A DNA stretch of 64,000 nt. It comes from Eledone cirrhosa (taxonomy: Eukaryota). Location: NCBI GenBank assembly GCA_964016885.1, contig OZ024745.1:74214001-74278000 (forward strand), read 5' to 3'. The notes under the pieces were generated by a model that had not been told where the DNA came from, made no database searches, and was given only the letters and a program-made list of their open reading frames with translations. Each line of letters begins with the position of its first letter. Position 1 is the stretch's first letter. The translations under genes were made by a program, and so were the position numbers. Shown here piece by piece: positions 58,661 through 64,000 of this stretch.

Positions 58661-61600
58661 ATCCATGCAGGCATACGTAGGAGGTACCTGCTTAACCTTT
58701 TTTTTTACCACTCCTATATTTCACACTTCCTCTAAACTAATCATTTTGCTCAGCCACCTTTTCTTAAAACTGAAGCTTTCTGGAACTCTCTCTCTCATGA
58801 GATTTCTCTGCAGGTATCAACCTTCAAAATTTCAGTTTGAAAGTCAACTGTATCAACTTCACCTGTCTAGAATGGACTAAACTGCCTCTCCCACTTCAGC
58901 TATAAAGAACAAACAAAAAAATACATCCCTCTGTTCGCTTCAGATTCTAGTGATTATGTTTGTTTGTTTTTTTATAAGTGGTGCAATGTTGCAGACAATG
59001 AAATACTAAGGTTGATTCAGAGTACACTTTATACTTTGTAAAAATAATCATTACCATCATTTTTATTATTGCTCAGTGGTGTAGTAGTAGTGTTCAGTGA
59101 ATCAGATTTACAACCTCTCCAGTTTATCTTGTTGTGTCTGAAAATAAAAATTTACATTAGTGTGTGCAATTAGATGAGGCATTTGTTCCTTCTTTTCCTG
59201 TCTAATAAATCCTACATCAGTTTTAAATGAGATTTAGGGCTTTTACATCTTACTCACTCTCATTCAATCTTTTGTAATTCTTTTGTTAATGAGAAATCAA
59301 CCAAACTATGTACATTAACTGTCTTTGGTTCTGTCATACCAAAGCCTCTCATCTTAAAAATGTCCATATTTAAATTGATACCTTCCAACATAATTTTATG
59401 TAAGAGACATTTGTTGTGTTCCAAACACCAGCATAATATTGACAAATTCTCGATAATTTCCAAAATTGAGATTTTCATTGCAAATGTGGTCAAGAATAGA
59501 TTGATAATATAACTCATTCAATCCCTTTATGTGTCTATTAATATATTCCTATCTCCGACAATTATATTAAAGCATTTTTCTATGTTTTGTTCCTTAAGTA
59601 TGATATATGGTTTAGTGTTCCCTCATTTATATAAGCAGTGTTGGGTGCATGCTTAATCTACTATTTTCATGTCCTGATGTGTTAATATTGGCATAGCATC
59701 AATGTATAAAGTTACCTACTCAAAGAAGATTAGGTGTATTCTGTTTTAACTAAATTAGATATGTCATGAATGGTTTTCACATATTTCTTATCCACTGTCT
59801 CTTGTTTTATTTTCACAGTTTCACTAATATTTTTGATTTATTTTCCTTCAAAAGCTCGCACAACCAATAAATTATGCTATTAAGGTTAACATTTCAATGT
59901 TTTTCAAGAGTATTTAAATCAGACTTTTGGAATTGTTCCAAACTCCTTTCCACTAATTTCCTGAATACTTTGAGTTTTTGTATTTTTTTGTATTTTTTAA
60001 TCTAACTTAGCAGGTTAACATTGGAATTATATTTATTTTATTTTTTAATAACCATTGACTGTGGTGTTGTGTTGCTAACTATTGTTCTGTTGCCATTTTG
60101 TTTCTGCTTTAGACAAAGCAGGTCACTCTGCCTACCTATCAGAAAATATCTGCTCCTCCTATTTCATAATTGAGTGGTTTCTAAAAATAATTATTCCAAC
60201 AATATGCAAATTTTCAAAATTTTCAAAATCCGCCATATCCATGTTCTCATGATGAAAACTGCCAAAGAACTATTTTCTCTTTCATCATTCCTTTCATTCT
60301 GTCTCCCCTTTTATCAGATGACTAATGTATTCCTTTTCCTTTGTTATCCATGCAATCTCAGAACATGTACTCCACTTACATGATCACATTAAATATTACT
60401 CTCACACAAGATATTAACAATCTCATTCTTGTTAATGATGTTGACGTCATACCAATATTTTTCTTTTCTCTCTATTTTCTAGAGTTCTTATTCAACACCT
60501 TATATACAATTCTTTAGTATGATCTGGAAACCATGCTGCACATTTTCTCATTCATTATTTGGTAGTAGGGTGCAATGTTGCAGTCAAAGCAGTTTTCCAT
60601 CCATTTTGTCTGATTGATTTTTTTTTATATTGTCAATTACCTTAATGAATGTAGGAGTTGGAGGGCAGTTCTGCTTTACACAATTCCTTGATTTTAACAT
60701 GCTCACTTCTGTAAATATAAAAGCTCCTCTATGGCTGTGGAGTAGAATAATGCAACATCATTAAAAGGATAGGAGTAATAGTTAGAAGAGGAGTTATTAA
60801 ATAAATGATGTTTGCAGAAGCCAAGAGTACTTCATATATTTGAGAAATATTGATGTAATCATAAGAAAACAGCAAAAAAAATATGATATAGCTGATTATT
60901 AAGACAAAAAAATTATGATATAGCTGATTATTAAGACAATATAGCAAGTGTTAAAATTAACTGTACATGTGAAATAATTTAAATGCAGTGATTTCTATGT
61001 CTTGAGAGCCTCAAAGCATTTTAGCAGCTCTTGTTCATATTGAGATGGATACATTAGGTTTTCAATAACTGATCAACCAAAGGTCTTACTTGTCAGGTTT
61101 ATCTTTAGCAAGGCCTTTTCCTATAATACTCTGCAGTCCAATATAACAACCTAGTTGATGGATTTTTATAGAAAAGTTTGTAGTATAGCTTAATCAGGAC
61201 AAACATCATTTATTTAATAACTCCTGCAAGAGTTGTTTATATAACATGAGACAACAGTTGAGTGAAAAACAAATGGGTAACATGAGTATTCATCAACTGC
61301 CACTAAAAGATATTTGTTCACAAAATCTAACAAGATTCATTTTATTACCTGGGTAAACTTTACAAGGTTTTGACTAGTGAGATTGTTTCATTTAGGTTAA
61401 AGTTCATATTTGATTCATATATAGATTTTACAAACATTTTTAGAAAACTGAAGATTTGTATCATACTAAGGTTAGATAAATCTCCATGAATATGTTGAAG
61501 AAATTTGCCACCTGGTTAAGCAGAATAGTATTTTGGGGACAAGATATCAATCAATACATGAATTTTCTTTTCCTTATATATGAAAATGTTGAAACTATAT

Positions 61601-62229
61601 GAAGAAAGTTCAATCCCCACTCCCTAGCACAACATTTTGTCATTCTTTACTTTGCATTTACGAGATTTATCTTTATTTGTATTGAGGAGGGTAAAGTGTC
61701 TCCAGTGAAGCTAGTGTTGCTATTTACAATAAGTACCCAACAACTGTGGCAGTTTCTTAATAAAAGTTGCAAGAGAAAAATGTAATAAGATGCTCTGCTT
61801 CTGATAATGTTGTTGCTAGCCCAGTGTCTAACTTAACAATCTCAATTGTAGAAGAAATGGAGCTTTCAGTAGCATGTAGGCAAACATTTTCTCTAATGAA
61901 TTTTATAGTTTCCAAAATAGTAACAGCTTCTTGGTATATTTCATTAGCCGTTTAAGTGCTACAAAAAAATTGGCAATGGGCTACCCTTTTGTTGTAACAA
62001 GTTAGCAACTCAATAACTTTTTCAAGTCCCTTTTTAGGAGAAGCCATTTTAAGGCATTAAAGTGAAAAATATTCATTGAAGTTAGATTTAGAAAGTAGTA
62101 CTCTAGGAAATTGATTCTTGCTTTGCCAAAAACTCATCTTTTACTGGAAAGAGTTCTATTGAGATCTTTTACACATAACAGAAATCTCTCCAAATTTCTG
62201 TTGTGCTTTTCAATCGAGTTACTAGATAC

Positions 62230-62325
62230 AATAATTGTTTCTACTTTTGGCACAAGGCCAGCAATTAACCAGTGCATTACTGGTACTTTATTTTATCGAC
62301 CCCGTAAGGATGAAAGGCAAAGTTA
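62230..62325 (-). mobile_element. 5'-truncated SINE
   Basis: 3' half of the 5409 family. Confidence 0.85.
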
Positions 62326-64000
62326 TGTCACCTAAATATGAATAAGTTGATTTAAAGCTATTTATTCTGTAAGATATTTGGTTCACTTGTTAAAAGCATG
62401 TCACAGCAAACCTAAGGTCAAATGGGAGTCTTGTGTACTGACAGAATTATCCCAAGGCTTGAAAGGTAAGATAAAGATGACATTTAGTGGTGGTTGATGA
62501 TAGATATGTTTTATAATAATATCATTAAAATATCAATGTTACAATTTAGTATGGATTAATTTGTCAATAATAAGCACTGTCGATAATAATTTGTTGATAA
62601 TAAGCACAAGAAGAATGTAAGTTTTGACAGTGGCTAAGAAATCAATGACCAGGTGTCGTTTGTGAATTTCATTTGTCATACTACAACCTGATCTCTCAAT
62701 AGTGAGTTACTTGTTTCTATGTGGCTTTCTTTAATTAGGTAGTTTACTCTCTATCTTATGAATTTGCAGATGTCCACAGTATTACAGTATTACATACAAT
62801 TAGAGACTGCTGTTTGTACAAATATTCTGTATATCAAATGTTAACTTTGCATATTCCCATAATTCAGGAACTAAGTTGTATTGATGTCACAATAGTTTAA
62901 TGACTAAATCATTCTACTTGACAGTATTAGCTTTGATAAAGTTATCAGCACTTTGACTGTCAACTAAAGCTTGTATTGATTAATTTCTAAGCACAGTATT
63001 GATTGTTCAAGACAAAATATGTCCTAATAAAGATAAAAAATGTGAGAATGTTGAAGAAATGAATGTATTGGAAAATTGGTTTATTACATGATTTACACAC
63101 TAGAGAAAAATTGACTTTTTTCTCACATTTGGGATGTATGGGATCATTGTCTGTGGTCATCTCTATACCCACACCATACACACATGCATGCATGCAATAG
63201 CTGCTGAAATACCTTCCTGTTTAGTGTCCACCTTTGTATAAACATGAGCAAATATTGGTTTAGGGTACTGCTGTTTTCAAGTAGTCTGAGCCTTATAGCT
63301 GTCAACGTTATTCCAGAAATAAATAAAAACATTAATTATCAAATTTAGTTTGTAAATTGTTCAGATGACACAGCCTTGAAGTTACATTCTTTAGCTAAGT
63401 GTATTAAGACTTAGAGAAATCTATTCAATATTTCTGTTGACTGTTACTTGTGAGTTACAAGTTGTTGACTCACAAAACCTAATTTGCTTGTTTAATGCTA
63501 ATAGCCATTAGAACATTTGTTGCATCCTAATAGTTGTCAAAATCTGCAATAAATTTAAATATTTTATGAGATATGAAGTTTGAGAGAGTGTGTAATCTGT
63601 TGAAATCAGAAATACTGACAGGAAAATTTTAAAATATGTATAACCAGTATTTGAATTCAGAATATGCAAATACTAATTGAGAGGGAATTCATATTGAATC
63701 ATTTAGGCAGTGGAACATTGTCCATATTTGATTTGGTGAATAATCTTTGATAAGAAGTAAAGATAATACAAACTGTATACCAAGACTTTATTTAATTGAT
63801 CATGTTATAACTCATTATCTAATTTAAGCAAAGGAACATACTTGCACATCACTTGTTAGGCCATTAAAGGAAAGTAGAATCACAATAATATGCATTTTGG
63901 TTTAACAACTGAAATGTATGATCTTTCCACCTTTCTAAAGGTTAAATAGTAATAAATATTTTGTTACATAAGCATAAAGGCCTGGATTTATAGGGGATGA

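Noticed and set aside
59100-59520. Possible minus-strand exons (85-aa ORF, splice-like sites)
   Set aside because: No recognisable protein similarity, and stops occur in the candidate frames.

Overview
AT-rich, microsatellite-dense eukaryotic DNA with no host exon I can support. An octopus-like cephalopod origin is inferred from the SINE style and the (TA)n/(CA)n load. The first ~42 kb is a dense nest of transposons: two Penelope-like retroelements (PLEs), Tx1/L1, R4/Dong and RTE LINE fragments, a Chapaev3 DNA transposon with TAA target duplications, a decayed mariner, hAT MITEs and many tRNA-type SINEs. One PLE is Neptune-like with an open RT-GIY-YIG ORF at 34595-36871; the other is a broken Naiad-like copy at ~23800-26379. 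Three signals stand out. (1) About 17 type I hammerhead-ribozyme motifs fall into ~7 sequence families, mostly as non-coding fold-back or tandem cassettes inside (TA)n. (2) An in-phase U UUU UUA slippery site would join an upstream ORF to the Neptune-like RT by a -1 frameshift. (3) Each PLE is bracketed by long inverted duplications. Ribozyme folds were read by eye and their activity is untested. There is a 200-N gap at 39836-40035. The last ~22 kb is older, CpG-poor sequence.
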